A DNA stretch of 64,000 nucleotides. Source: Candidatus Poribacteria bacterium. GTDB lineage: Bacteria > Poribacteria > WGA-4E > WGA-3G. The translations under genes and the position numbers were made by a program. The notes below the pieces were generated by a model. The model had not been told where the DNA came from, did no database searches, and saw nothing but the letters and a program-made list of their open reading frames with translations. The stretch spans positions 2,656,001 through 2,720,000 of the forward strand of contig OZ251518.1 in the NCBI GenBank assembly GCA_965242965.1, in the 5' to 3' direction. Every line of letters begins with the position of its first letter. The stretch's first letter is position 1. Positions 37,623 through 47,718 of the stretch are shown one piece after another.

Positions 37623-40493
37623 ATGCACACCCAACCGAAAGAGACCTTATACATTCTTGACACGCACGCCGAGATATTCCGGGCATATTATGCCATCAGA
37701 ACGCGCCTGACGAGTTCTATCACGGGTGAACCCACGAACGCTATCTTCGGGTTTACCAGCACGCTGCTCAAACTCCTCACCGAAGTGCAGCCGACGTATA
37801 TCGTCGCCGCAATGGATACGCCCGGGGCTACCTTCCGCGAGGAACTTTACGCGGAATATAAAGCGCATCGCTCACCGCCACCGGCAGAACTTGTGACGCA
37901 GATGCCGCGCATTGAGCAAGTGCTGGCAGCATTCGGTATCCTGACGCTCGGCGAGACTGCGTTGGAGGCAGACGACATCGTCGCCTCCGTAACACAAGCT
38001 GTCCTCGACGAACCGACAGCGCGCCACGTCCACGTCGTTATCGTCTCCAAAGACAAAGACTTTGAGCAACTCCTCAGCAGGCGCGTCACGATGTTTGACA
38101 TTCACACTGACACGACGCTGGATGTCGCCACCTTGTGGCAGACGAAACAGATTGAACCTGCCCAAGTCATTGATGTGCTGGCGTTGATGGGCGATAGTGC
38201 CGATAACGTGCCGGGGGTTGAAGGCATCGGCTTGAAAACCGCGGCGACGTTGATTCACAAGTTTGGTTCCATTGAAAACATTTTCGCCAACATTGACGAG
38301 GTGAAAGGAAAGCGGCGCGAGAATTTAGAGAAGGCGCGCGAGCAACTGCCGCTCTGGCGAACATTAGTGACGCTGAAGCGCGATGCCGACTTAAATTTTT
38401 CGCTGGAGCAGGCGCGCGTTAAACCGTTCGATCTTCGGAAAATCCAGCCCCTCTTTCAAGAACTGGAACTCAAAAGGTTCAACAACGTCGTGCAAGCCAT
38501 CGCGGGCGGACAAGCGACATCTGTCGCACCGGAGACTTCCACGCGCAAGGAACGTGTAGCCGCCCTTGAAGAAAAAACCGATGCTATCTTGGAAAAAGGC
38601 GACTACGACACCGCCGAAACAGGGGAATACTCGGCAATTCTGACGCTCGCGCAACTGGAAGCACTCGTGGAAACTCTCGCCGAACAGGAGATTATCAGCT
38701 TGGATACCGAGACAGACGACTTGGACAGAGCGGCAGCACTCTGCGGCTTAAGTTTCTCATGGCAACCGAACCACGGCGTTTACGTGCCCCTCCGCTCCCC
38801 CGAACCCGAACGGCATCTCGATGCTGAAACAGTCCTAGCGCATCTCAAACCCATTCTGGAAAACCCCAAATTGCCGAAGTGCGGACACAACCTGAAGTTT
38901 GATGCCGGCATTCTCATCCGCCACGGTGTGAAACTCCGGGGTGTCGCTTTTGATACGCTGTTAGCAAGCCGCCTCATCGATGCGCGCACGCCATCGCACA
39001 ATCTGGACACCCTCGCGTTGCTGCATCTCAATCACAAGATGATTGCCTTTGACGAACTCATCGACAGTGATGAAACCGAGACTGAGTTGTCACTCTTCAC
39101 GGTTGCCGCTAGAACCGAGCCGTCTGATGCCATCACCTCCATTGATAAAGTCCCGTTGGACAAGGCGACGCTTTACGCCGCCGAGGATGCCGACATCACT
39201 TTGCGGCTGTATCATTTTCTCTCACCAAAGTTGGAGGAGATGGGCATTACCGAATTGGTGCGCGATATAGAATCGCCCCTCGCGCCTGTCCTTGCCGAGA
39301 TGGAGTATCACGGTATCGTCTGCGATAAGGAAGAACTGAGACAGCAAACCGCCGTGATTCAACGCCTTGTTGATGAACGTGAAGAACAGATATTTGACAT
39401 CGTCGGGCGGCCGTTCAACATTGATTCACCACCGCAACTGGCGACGGTGCTCTTTGAGCAACTCGGTTTCAAACCGACGAAACGGACGAAAGCCGGCAAA
39501 GTTTCTACCGATGTCACCGTGTTAGAGGCACTCTCCCTCAACGAGGATGTGAACACGCCGAAAACCAGTGTGCCGCGCTTAATCGTTGAATATCGGCAAT
39601 TTCGCAAACTCCAAAGCACCTATATGGAGCAGTTGCAGCACGCGATAGACGAGAAGACGCAGCGGATTCACACGCATCTCTATCAACTGATGACGGCGAC
39701 AGGACGGTTGAAATCCGACCGGCCGAATTTGCAGAACATTCCTGTCCGCACCGAAATTGGACGGCAGATCCGTCTTGCGTTCAAAGCACCAGAGGGATAT
39801 AAGTTAATCTGTGCCGATTATTCGCAGATTGAACTCCGCATTCTCGCGCACTTTAGTCAAGATGAGCATCTGCTTGAAGCGTTTGCGCAAGATTTGGACA
39901 TTCACGCCTCGGTAGCCTCGCAAGTGTTCGATGTGCCGCTAGCGGCAGTCACGCGAGAACTCCGCGATAAGGCGAAGAGCATCAACTTCGGTATCATTTA
40001 CGGCGTGTCCCCCACGGGGCTCGCGCGGCGGATTAAAGGTATGAGTATCCAAGAGGCGGCGCAACTTATCAGTGACTATAAAGCACGGTTTCCGGGGATA
40101 AACCGCTTTCTTATCCAGTGCGTCCAAGAAGCCTTGCATCGGGGGTATGTTACCACGTTGACGGGCCGGCGGCGCGCTCTCCCTGAAATTTTCGCCCACA
40201 CCCAGAATCGGCGGAGCCAAGGCGAGCGGCTGGCAATCAATACCGTCGTGCAAGGCACAGCGGCAGATTTGATGAAAATCGCTATGGTGCGCGTGCAACA
40301 CCGTATTGACAGGGACAGCCTACCGTTGAAGATGCTCCTGCAAATCCACGATGAATTAGTGCTTGAAACGCCGGCGGCGTTGGCTGCGGAACACGCCGCT
40401 ATTGTCTGTGAGGAAATGGAGAATGTCGCGTCGTTGCGGGTGCCGCTGCGCACGGAGGCGGGAATTGGCGATAATTGGCGGGATGCAAAATAG
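37623..40493 (+). CDS. polA: DNA polymerase I
   Basis: 5'-3' exo EADD/GDSADNVPGV, 3'-5' exo LDTET/YAAEDAD, polymerase ADYSQIELR, K.INFGIIYG, QIHDEL. Confidence 0.97.
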   Translation: MHTQPKETLYILDTHAEIFRAYYAIRTRLTSSITGEPTNAIFGFTSTLLKLLTEVQPTYIVAAMDTPGATFREELYAEYKAHRSPPPAELVTQMPRIEQVLAAFGILTLGETALEADDIVASVTQAVLDEPTARHVHVVIVSKDKDFEQLLSRRVTMFDIHTDTTLDVATLWQTKQIEPAQVIDVLALMGDSADNVPGVEGIGLKTAATLIHKFGSIENIFANIDEVKGKRRENLEKAREQLPLWRTLVTLKRDADLNFSLEQARVKPFDLRKIQPLFQELELKRFNNVVQAIAGGQATSVAPETSTRKERVAALEEKTDAILEKGDYDTAETGEYSAILTLAQLEALVETLAEQEIISLDTETDDLDRAAALCGLSFSWQPNHGVYVPLRSPEPERHLDAETVLAHLKPILENPKLPKCGHNLKFDAGILIRHGVKLRGVAFDTLLASRLIDARTPSHNLDTLALLHLNHKMIAFDELIDSDETETELSLFTVAARTEPSDAITSIDKVPLDKATLYAAEDADITLRLYHFLSPKLEEMGITELVRDIESPLAPVLAEMEYHGIVCDKEELRQQTAVIQRLVDEREEQIFDIVGRPFNIDSPPQLATVLFEQLGFKPTKRTKAGKVSTDVTVLEALSLNEDVNTPKTSVPRLIVEYRQFRKLQSTYMEQLQHAIDEKTQRIHTHLYQLMTATGRLKSDRPNLQNIPVRTEIGRQIRLAFKAPEGYKLICADYSQIELRILAHFSQDEHLLEAFAQDLDIHASVASQVFDVPLAAVTRELRDKAKSINFGIIYGVSPTGLARRIKGMSIQEAAQLISDYKARFPGINRFLIQCVQEALHRGYVTTLTGRRRALPEIFAHTQNRRSQGERLAINTVVQGTAADLMKIAMVRVQHRIDRDSLPLKMLLQIHDELVLETPAALAAEHAAIVCEEMENVASLRVPLRTEAGIGDNWRDAK

Positions 40494-40661
40494 CCGCATC
40501 GCTGGACATAACAACGTAGGGTGGACGCAATTCAATGTTTTCTAGCCGGTAGGCGAGGCGGCGTGCAACGCCATCGTGCTCCGTTAAGGGATAACGGTTT
40601 GAAACCGCGCCTGCGTGGCTAGGCGCACTTATCAAAGTCGCTGCTGCGTTCTCCTAAAAAA

Positions 40662-41267
40662 TCACTCCGGTGGGATATATCCCCGTTCCACAAATCGCGA
40701 TAAATACCGCTGCCATCCTTCATCCAAAAGTTCTGGCGAGTCTGCAAAAGGAGAGAAGCGATAGAACTGCTCCCGTGCCTCTGCCCAGAACGCCCGTTGT
40801 TCATCACGGGAAAGCGTGTCCAAGTGTGCTAAGAGCAGCGATACGGATTCGTCAAGCATCTCGTGTGCTTCTTCTTGTGCGCGTTCGCTTTCATCCAACT
40901 CGTTTTGGACACCCTCAAGTATTTGCTCCAACGCTGCCTGTGCTGCCGCCCGCGCATCGTATTCAGGCGTGACTGAAACGTCTACGTCTGAGAAGGCGTT
41001 CTCGCTGTCAACATCCTCGTATTCAACATCTTGCGTGTCCAGTCCTTCCGTTTCCGTGAGCATTTCAGGCGCAGCCTCCATGTCCCCATCATCGGTGATG
41101 GTATCGGTGGAGCGTGCTTTATCAGTTGAGGTATTCGATTTGGCGGGGACCGCGCTAAATGTTTTCTTCGTCACCGTCCGGTTTTTTTCCTGAAGCGGCC
41201 GGAGATAAAACTGGTAAACGCCCAGCGCGATTCCCAATACAATGAGGGCTGATACTAGTAGTTTCAT
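40662..41267 (-). CDS. hypothetical N-terminally anchored acidic protein
   Basis: Hydrophobic N-terminus, acidic linker, helical C-terminus; AAGGA RBS. Confidence 0.7.
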   Translation of the reverse strand: MKLLVSALIVLGIALGVYQFYLRPLQEKNRTVTKKTFSAVPAKSNTSTDKARSTDTITDDGDMEAAPEMLTETEGLDTQDVEYEDVDSENAFSDVDVSVTPEYDARAAAQAALEQILEGVQNELDESERAQEEAHEMLDESVSLLLAHLDTLSRDEQRAFWAEAREQFYRFSPFADSPELLDEGWQRYLSRFVERGYIPPE

Positions 41268-41302
41268 AAGGGTTTCCTTTCCCATGCTGGCTTGCAGGGG
41301 AA

Positions 41303-41340
41303 TTCAGAAAATCAGGGGCGGATAGTGCTGTCCGCCCTGA
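41303..41340 (-). terminator. putative intrinsic terminator
   Basis: Minus strand TCAGGGCGGAcagcactaTCCGCCCCTGA followed by TTTTCT. Confidence 0.5.
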
Positions 41341-41476
41341 CAGACCTTTGTTGGGTGGATATGGTCACCCGCCCTAACGAAGAAGGTGGGCGCGCATCGG
41401 ATGCAGCACCCTGACAAAAATTGTCCGACTGACGACGAGAACTGCATCCGAACGCGGTGAGGAACCAGGTTCAATC

Positions 41477-41842
41477 CTAGAGGCTTCCACAGCAGCCGCA
41501 AGTGCCTGAAGGGCTGCAACCAGCTGCTGGTTGGCTGTTTGTATCGTTCCCAGCCTGAGTGAGTGCCGCCTGGACATTGATGAGGTTCGTTCTTGCCGTG
41601 GTAACGGCATCCTCCTCCGTTTGGCTCGGGCTCGGCCCCGGTGCCGCCGTCAGCGTTCCCGACGGGGTGCTGGTGCTGAGGCTAGTCCCGCTATCGAGAG
41701 ATGTGCCGTCATCCACAGCAACATCCACTCCGGACGATGTAACAGTATTTACCACGACGAACGCCAGGGTGCACAGGAACATGAGGCTGAGCGCGCCAAG
41801 CACCTGTGCCTTGCTGGAGTGCCGAACTAACATCCTTTTCAT
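41477..41842 (-). pseudogene. frameshifted copy of the 42242..42694 gene
   Basis: 65-nt deletion after AACGAT relative to the other copy; homologous QTANQQL.AA.QALA.AVE continues in another frame. Confidence 0.75.
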
Positions 41843-42088
41843 CTTTTATTCTCCTTTAAGACTCACTTACGCAAACCGCCGAACCCGTAGGCGCGATTTG
41901 AAACAGCACCTACCGGCACGTATGGCTCTTTGCTTAAGCGTGCCTTTTAGTCGTTCACCATCTCGGCTGTTCACTGTTGCAAGAACAATCTCGCAACAGC
42001 CGCTTTTTTCCATAGCACGGAAGACCATCTCCCGCGAACTCTCCACCGAAATGGGAGCGAATGTCATAGCCTACAAACTATTTAATAT

Positions 42089-42117
42089 ATTATACCACAT
42101 TTCCACATAAAAAGCAA
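42089..42117 (-). promoter_or_regulatory. sigma70-like promoter (copy 1; copy 2 at 42940..42968)
   Basis: TTGCTT-17nt-TATAAT with TG extension. Confidence 0.6.
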
Positions 42118-42241
42118 GAAAAGTGGATATGGTCACCCGCCCTAACGAAGAAGGTGGGCGCGCATCGGATGCAGCACCCTGACAAAAATTGTCCGACTGA
42201 CGACGAGAACTGCATCCGAACGCGGTGAGGCACCAGTTCAA

Positions 42242-42694
42242 TCATATTTTGCTGTGGCAGCTGCGCACGTTCTCAACAGCAGTTGCAAGTGCTTGAATGG
42301 CTGCCATCAGCTGCTGGTTGGCTGTTTGTAACGATGCAGCCGCACTCAGATATTCCGAGGTATCCTCCCCGTAACTGTCGCGGACTGCGTAGAAATCGTT
42401 CTGAGCCTGCCTGAGTGCCGTCTGGGCATTGATGAGGTTCGCTCTCGCCGGGGCAACGGCATCCTCCTCCGTTTGGCACGGACTCGGCCCCGGTGCCGCC
42501 GTCAGCGTCCCCGACGGGGTGCTGGTGCTGAGGCTGGTATTGCCCCCCAGAGATGTGCCGTCATCTACAGCAACATCCACTCCGGACGATGTAGCGATAT
42601 CTACCACGACAAATGCCAGGGTGCACAGGAACATGAGACTGAGCGCGCCAAGCACCTGCGCCTTGCTGGAGTGCCGAACTAACATCCTTCTCAT
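42242..42694 (-). CDS. small secreted/membrane-anchored hypothetical protein
   Basis: AAGGAG RBS; hydrophobic segment, S/T/P linker, helical region bracketed by two Cys. Confidence 0.75.
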   Translation of the reverse strand: MRRMLVRHSSKAQVLGALSLMFLCTLAFVVVDIATSSGVDVAVDDGTSLGGNTSLSTSTPSGTLTAAPGPSPCQTEEDAVAPARANLINAQTALRQAQNDFYAVRDSYGEDTSEYLSAAASLQTANQQLMAAIQALATAVENVRSCHSKI

Positions 42695-43195
42695 TTTTTA
42701 TTCTCCTTAAGACTCACTTACGCAAACCGCCGAACCCGTAAGCGCGGTTTGAAACAGCACCTACCGGCACGTATGGCTCTTTGCTCAAGCGTGCCTTTTA
42801 GTCGTTCACCATCTCGGCTGTCCACTGTTGCAAGAACAATCTCGCAACAGCCGCTTTTTTTCGTAGCGCGGAAGACCATCCCCCGCGAACTCTCCACCGA
42901 AATGGGAGCGAATTTCATAGCCTACAAACTATTTAATATATTATACCACATTTCCAACTAAAAAGCAAGAAAAAATGACAAACCCAGACGATTTAGTTTT
43001 CTATTTTCGGATATTTGATGGAAATGACAGATTTCTATAGGTGTCAACTTGCCAACGAGCGATTTTTTGTTGCATCAATTGTGAAAATATGTTAAAATGA
43101 TATTCCAGCATCGCAGCAGTCCTATTTTAAATGCTGCGAACTGTGCTGTTTGTCATCTCAACCCATGGAAATTGTCTAAATTTTCGTATCAACTT

Positions 43196-43732
43196 ATGAG
43201 GGAAAAAGAGAAGCATCCTCAGAATGAAGACCGTCGGGTGCCCCGCGGTATCGTCCAAGCCTTTCTTGGGCTTGTTTACTTCGGGACATACCTCACTATT
43301 GCGAATTCTGTAAATCCGCAAGCAACGCTCATCGAGTTCCTAAAAGTGCATAGCAGTGCTGCGCAAGTTATTTCTGCTGCAGGCGTGCTTGCAACGGAAG
43401 TCCTTCAATGGGCTTTCAAGGAACTGAAACGCTGGTTCAGCAGGAGAATAATGATGTGGCTATTTCAAGCATCTGGAGAAGACCCGCTCAAAGAACTGAG
43501 ACAACTCCGCAAGCAGAGTAAGGAGTTGGAAGAACTCCGCGAGGAGACTAAAGAGCTGGAAGAACTCCGCGAAGAGAATAAGGAGTTGAAAGCATTCCAC
43601 GAGCGTTATTCTCAATGGGAGCGCGAAAAGGCAGCACTTGAGACTGAAAACGCGTCTCTCCGTCAACGCAACACCGAGTTAGAAAACGGGAAAGCCGCCG
43701 CAGCCGACACCTCCGATTCCGCCGATGGCTAA
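43196..43732 (+). CDS. hypothetical membrane protein with coiled-coil KELEELREE repeats
   Basis: Hydrophobic N-terminal half; 30-nt tandem repeat at about 43519-43590; start uncertain. Confidence 0.65.
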   Translation: MREKEKHPQNEDRRVPRGIVQAFLGLVYFGTYLTIANSVNPQATLIEFLKVHSSAAQVISAAGVLATEVLQWAFKELKRWFSRRIMMWLFQASGEDPLKELRQLRKQSKELEELREETKELEELREENKELKAFHERYSQWEREKAALETENASLRQRNTELENGKAAAADTSDSADG

Positions 43733-43819
43733 CCCGCCGAATCGCCCCCGGTTACGCCGAAAGGAAACGTCATGAAAGCACGATTCCTTTCGCAACGGGC
43801 GCGCGCTAGACTCACAACT

Positions 43820-46800
43820 ATGCCAACACTTAACCTCAAACCAACACATAGGGCCATAACCACCTACTACGCCGCATTGGAGCGGTATCAACACCACGGA
43901 ATCACGCACGAGACAGCGGTGCGCGCCGCGTTTCAAGCACTCCTAGAAACCTGCGCGAGGCAGATGAATTGGACGCTTATCTGTGAATATACGCTCCGCA
44001 TCCCCGGCAGAAATCCGATCCGGCTCGATGGCGCGCTGCTGGATAAGCACAACCTGCCGCGCGGCACCTGGGAGGCAAAAGGCGTTCACGGAAATCTCCG
44101 CGCCGAAATCCAAACCAAATTTGACGCAGGCTACCCGCAAGATAACATCCTCTTCCAAACGCCGGAACGCGCCATCTTATACCAAAACGGCCGCGAAGTG
44201 CTGGACGCGGACATCACCGATGCGGACACGCTCGTCTCGGTGCTGAGGACGTTCTTCGCTTACGAACGCGAACACGCCGCCGAATGGGAAACCGCCATCG
44301 CTGAATTCCGCGACATCGTGCCGGAACTTAAACGCGAAGTTGAGGCACTCATCCAGACGCAACACCAGACTAACAAGGTATTCCGTAACGCTTTCGCCGA
44401 TTTCCACCAACTCTGCCAGAACACGATTAACCCGAATCTCTCGCGCACCGCCGTGGAGGAAATGCTCATCCAGCATCTCCTGACAGAACGCACCTTCCGC
44501 ACCGTGTTTGACAATCCTGACTTCACACGCCGGAATATCATCGCAAAGGAAATCGAAAAGGTCATCAATGCCCTCGCATCCCGCGCCTTCAGCCGAAACG
44601 AATTCCTCCGAAACCTCGACAGGTTTTATCGTGCCGTTGAACGGGAAGCGGCGACACTCGTCGACTTTTCACAAAAACAGCATTTCCTCAACACCGTCTA
44701 CGAACAGTTTTTTCAGGGCGCGTCCGCGGATGTCGCCGATACGCACGGCATCGTCTACACCCCGCAACCCATCGTCGATTTCATGGTGAAGAGCGTTGAC
44801 TTTCTGCTCCAAACCGAATTCGGGCGTTCCCTCTCGGACAAGGGTGTGCACATCATCGATGCGTTCGTCGGCACCGGCAATTTCATCGTTCGCCTGATAC
44901 GCGAGATTGACGAATTCCGCCTAGAAGAAAAGTATCGTTCCGAACTCTGGGGCAACGAGGTTCTATTATTGCCCTACTATATCGCCAGCCTCAACATCGA
45001 ACACGAATTTTATGACATCACGCAGCAATACGTGCCGTTTGAAGGCATCTCCCTCGTGGATACGTTCGATCTGGCGGAAAATCGGCAGTTGTCGCTCTTA
45101 ACACAAGAAAACACTGAACGCGTGGAGAGACAGAAGGCATCTCCCATGTTTGTCGTCATCGGCAATCCGCCCTATAACGTCGGGCAGAAGAGCGAGAACG
45201 ATAACAACAAAAATCGCAAATACGCCGCCATGGATGCACGCATAGAGGAAACCTACGTCAAAGCCTCCACATCCACACTGCGAAAGGCACTCTATGACCC
45301 TTACGTCAAATCACTTCGCTGGGCATCCGATAGAATCGGCAAAGAGGGCATCGTCGCCCTTGTCACGAATAACAGTTTTCTTGACGGCACGTCGTTTGAC
45401 GGTATGCGGAAACATCTCGCCGAAGAGTTCGACCGGCTCTATATCCTCGACCTGGGTGGAAATGCGCGCACGGATACACTCGTCTCCGATGCGAGTGTGT
45501 TCGGTGTCCAAGTCGGCGTGAGTATCAACTTTTTCGTCAAAGGCCCGTCTTCTACCGTAGCGCGGGGGCCTGTCCCCCGCGATGGCGAGGAAAATTCTGC
45601 ACGCATCTTCTACTTCCGCACCGATGACGCGTGGAACAAAAACCAAAAATTTGAATTCCTCGCGCACACCGAACACGTCGGTAATGTCCCGTGGCAAACG
45701 CTTCAACCCGATGCGCGGCACACTTGGCTCACCGAAGGACTCAACACCGAATTTTTGACGTTCCTCCCGATAGGCAGCAAGACAACAAAACGGATGAAAG
45801 GCGAGGCAACCGGCGCGATTTTCCATCAATACAGCCCCGGTGCCAGTACAGGGCGCGATGGCTGGACTTACAACTTCAATCGGCACGCGCTCTCGGAAAA
45901 CGTGCAAAGCATGAGCGATGTCTATAACGAGCATGTCATTAGGTGGCGCGGACTAGAGGACAAACAGGATGTCAATGTCGACAACTTTGTCGATAACGAT
46001 GAAAAGAAGATTAAGTGGAGCCGCGACTTAAAGGCGAAGTTGAAGCGCGAACGGCTCGCCGAATTCGCTCAGAGCCGCATACAAACGGCTCTCTACCGTC
46101 CGTTCACGAAAATGCATTTATACTCTGATAAAATCCTGAATGATCGGATGTTTCCATCTACGATTTTTCCAACCTCGGGGGGAAAAGAAAATCGGGTGCT
46201 CTGTGTCAATGTGACGCGAGAGAGACCTTTTATGTGCCTGATGGTTGACTGCATTCCGGCACGCGCGATGACAGGAGGGTTTGGTGCACCTGCGCAATGC
46301 TTCCCTTTCTACATCTACGACGAAGATGGCACAAACCGTCGAGAAAACATTACCGACTGGGCATTGTCTGCATTCCGCGCGCATTACGGCGACGATACCC
46401 TCACCAAGTGGGACATCTTCCACTATATCTATGGGCTCCTGCACCATCCGAAGTATCGCGAACGTTACGCCGCCGATTTGAAGCGCGATTTGCCGCACAT
46501 TCCGTATGCGGCGGATTTCTGGGCATTCGCCGATGCAGGTGCGCAACTCGCCGAACTGCACGTCAACTACGAAGCGCAACCGCAGTACCCGTTGGAGCCT
46601 CGGCGAAAAGCGGACAGCCCGCGTGATTTGCGCGTTACGCGGATGCGGTTGTCGAAAGATCAGACAGAGTTGATTTACAATGCGTATCTCACGTTGGCAG
46701 GCGTGCCGGCGAAGGCGTTGGAATATCGGTTAGGCACGCGTTCGGCGTTGGAGTGGCTGATCGACCAGTATCAGGTGGATTCTCGCCGCACAATTGCCAA

Positions 46801-46915
46801 TAATCCGAACGATGCGTCGGATCCGCGGGCCATTGTAAAGTTAATCGGTTCGGTGATTACGGTGAGTTTGAAGACATTGGAGATTGTTGAGCGGTTGCCG
46901 GAAACGTTCTATTGA
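43820..46915 (+). CDS. type ISP/IIG-like restriction-modification enzyme (nuclease + N6-adenine MTase + TRD, no helicase)
   Basis: DG..WEAK nuclease-like motif, GIVYTP, FVGTGNF, GNPPY, LYRPF, C-terminal DIFHYIYGLLH..YRERY..DLPHIP. Confidence 0.85.
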   Translation: MPTLNLKPTHRAITTYYAALERYQHHGITHETAVRAAFQALLETCARQMNWTLICEYTLRIPGRNPIRLDGALLDKHNLPRGTWEAKGVHGNLRAEIQTKFDAGYPQDNILFQTPERAILYQNGREVLDADITDADTLVSVLRTFFAYEREHAAEWETAIAEFRDIVPELKREVEALIQTQHQTNKVFRNAFADFHQLCQNTINPNLSRTAVEEMLIQHLLTERTFRTVFDNPDFTRRNIIAKEIEKVINALASRAFSRNEFLRNLDRFYRAVEREAATLVDFSQKQHFLNTVYEQFFQGASADVADTHGIVYTPQPIVDFMVKSVDFLLQTEFGRSLSDKGVHIIDAFVGTGNFIVRLIREIDEFRLEEKYRSELWGNEVLLLPYYIASLNIEHEFYDITQQYVPFEGISLVDTFDLAENRQLSLLTQENTERVERQKASPMFVVIGNPPYNVGQKSENDNNKNRKYAAMDARIEETYVKASTSTLRKALYDPYVKSLRWASDRIGKEGIVALVTNNSFLDGTSFDGMRKHLAEEFDRLYILDLGGNARTDTLVSDASVFGVQVGVSINFFVKGPSSTVARGPVPRDGEENSARIFYFRTDDAWNKNQKFEFLAHTEHVGNVPWQTLQPDARHTWLTEGLNTEFLTFLPIGSKTTKRMKGEATGAIFHQYSPGASTGRDGWTYNFNRHALSENVQSMSDVYNEHVIRWRGLEDKQDVNVDNFVDNDEKKIKWSRDLKAKLKRERLAEFAQSRIQTALYRPFTKMHLYSDKILNDRMFPSTIFPTSGGKENRVLCVNVTRERPFMCLMVDCIPARAMTGGFGAPAQCFPFYIYDEDGTNRRENITDWALSAFRAHYGDDTLTKWDIFHYIYGLLHHPKYRERYAADLKRDLPHIPYAADFWAFADAGAQLAELHVNYEAQPQYPLEPRRKADSPRDLRVTRMRLSKDQTELIYNAYLTLAGVPAKALEYRLGTRSALEWLIDQYQVDSRRTIANNPNDASDPRAIVKLIGSVITVSLKTLEIVERLPETFY

Positions 46916-47172
46916 ACGCTCGCGCCGGTAGGCGAGACCTCCCGGTCTCGATGCGTTCTCTTTCACCATTGAACGTTCGCGGGGGACAGGCCCCCGCGCT
47001 ACGGGACGCAGGCATCCTCTTTCACCGTAGGGCGAGGGCCTGTCCCTCGCCATGCCCCGCATCGATAAAATGTCCCTTCTGTCTGAATCAGGATTATCAG
47101 GATGATAGGATTTTCAGGATTAGGGCATTTGATTCATCCGAGAGTTTTTAGGTCCTTAATGGGGGATACAAC

Positions 47173-47457
47173 GTGAGAAGAAGCCTGATTCTCCAATCGA
47201 TTCGACAGAAAATCGTTAAGAATCGCTATCAGATAACCGAACATGCTATAGATGAAATGCGTCATGACGCATTCTCAACGGTTGACGTAAAACATGCGAT
47301 TCGTCGTGGGCGGCTGGTCCAACGGTTTACCTATGACCCGAGAGGGACTCGATATCGGATTTTGGGACCTGCGCGCGATGGGAGAGAGGTTAACGTGATT
47401 TGTCGGATTTTAGACTCGGAAGAATTACGAATCATAACCGTTTACGCAGAGGAGTAA
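47173..47457 (+). CDS. DUF4258 family toxin
   Basis: ITEHAIDEM, DPRGTRY.ILG, IITVY; upstream of zinc-finger partner. Confidence 0.75.
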   Translation: MRRSLILQSIRQKIVKNRYQITEHAIDEMRHDAFSTVDVKHAIRRGRLVQRFTYDPRGTRYRILGPARDGREVNVICRILDSEELRIITVYAEE

Positions 47458-47463
47458 CGAACC

Positions 47464-47700
47464 ATGAAAGCACACGTCTGTGAATTTTGCAACGGCGACA
47501 TTCGCCAACGTAAGGTTACCGTCAACCATTGGTATGAAGGCACCCTCGTCATCATCAAGGATGTGCCCGTCGGAGTCTGTGGGGAATGTGGGCATCGGTA
47601 TTATGCGGGGAAGACGCTTGACGCGCTAGATACCCTCGCACAGAACAGCGAGATGGCGCAGGAAAGAATCTCCGTCCCCGTGATGGTGATGGATTCTTGA
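47464..47700 (+). CDS. YgiT-type zinc finger (MqsA-like antitoxin)
   Basis: CEFC..VIIKDVP..VCGECG..YY; GAGGAG RBS. Confidence 0.8.
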   Translation: MKAHVCEFCNGDIRQRKVTVNHWYEGTLVIIKDVPVGVCGECGHRYYAGKTLDALDTLAQNSEMAQERISVPVMVMDS

Positions 47701-47718
47701 TCTTTCCGTTCGTGAGTG

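Larger units (their letters stand above)
41355..42974. repeat. head-to-tail tandem duplication (41355..42122 and 42123..~42974)
   Basis: Promoter, leader, secreted-protein gene and 108-nt 3' element all present twice. Confidence 0.9.

Noticed and set aside
41400-41450. CTGACGA...GAA hammerhead-like core on the plus strand
   Set aside because: No stem II, no GAAA and no paired UH cleavage triplet; kept only as a generic structured element
41559-42110. 183-aa plus-strand ORF and its counterparts in copy 2
   Set aside because: Antisense to the gene that has RBS and promoter support; not kept as one ORF in the duplicate
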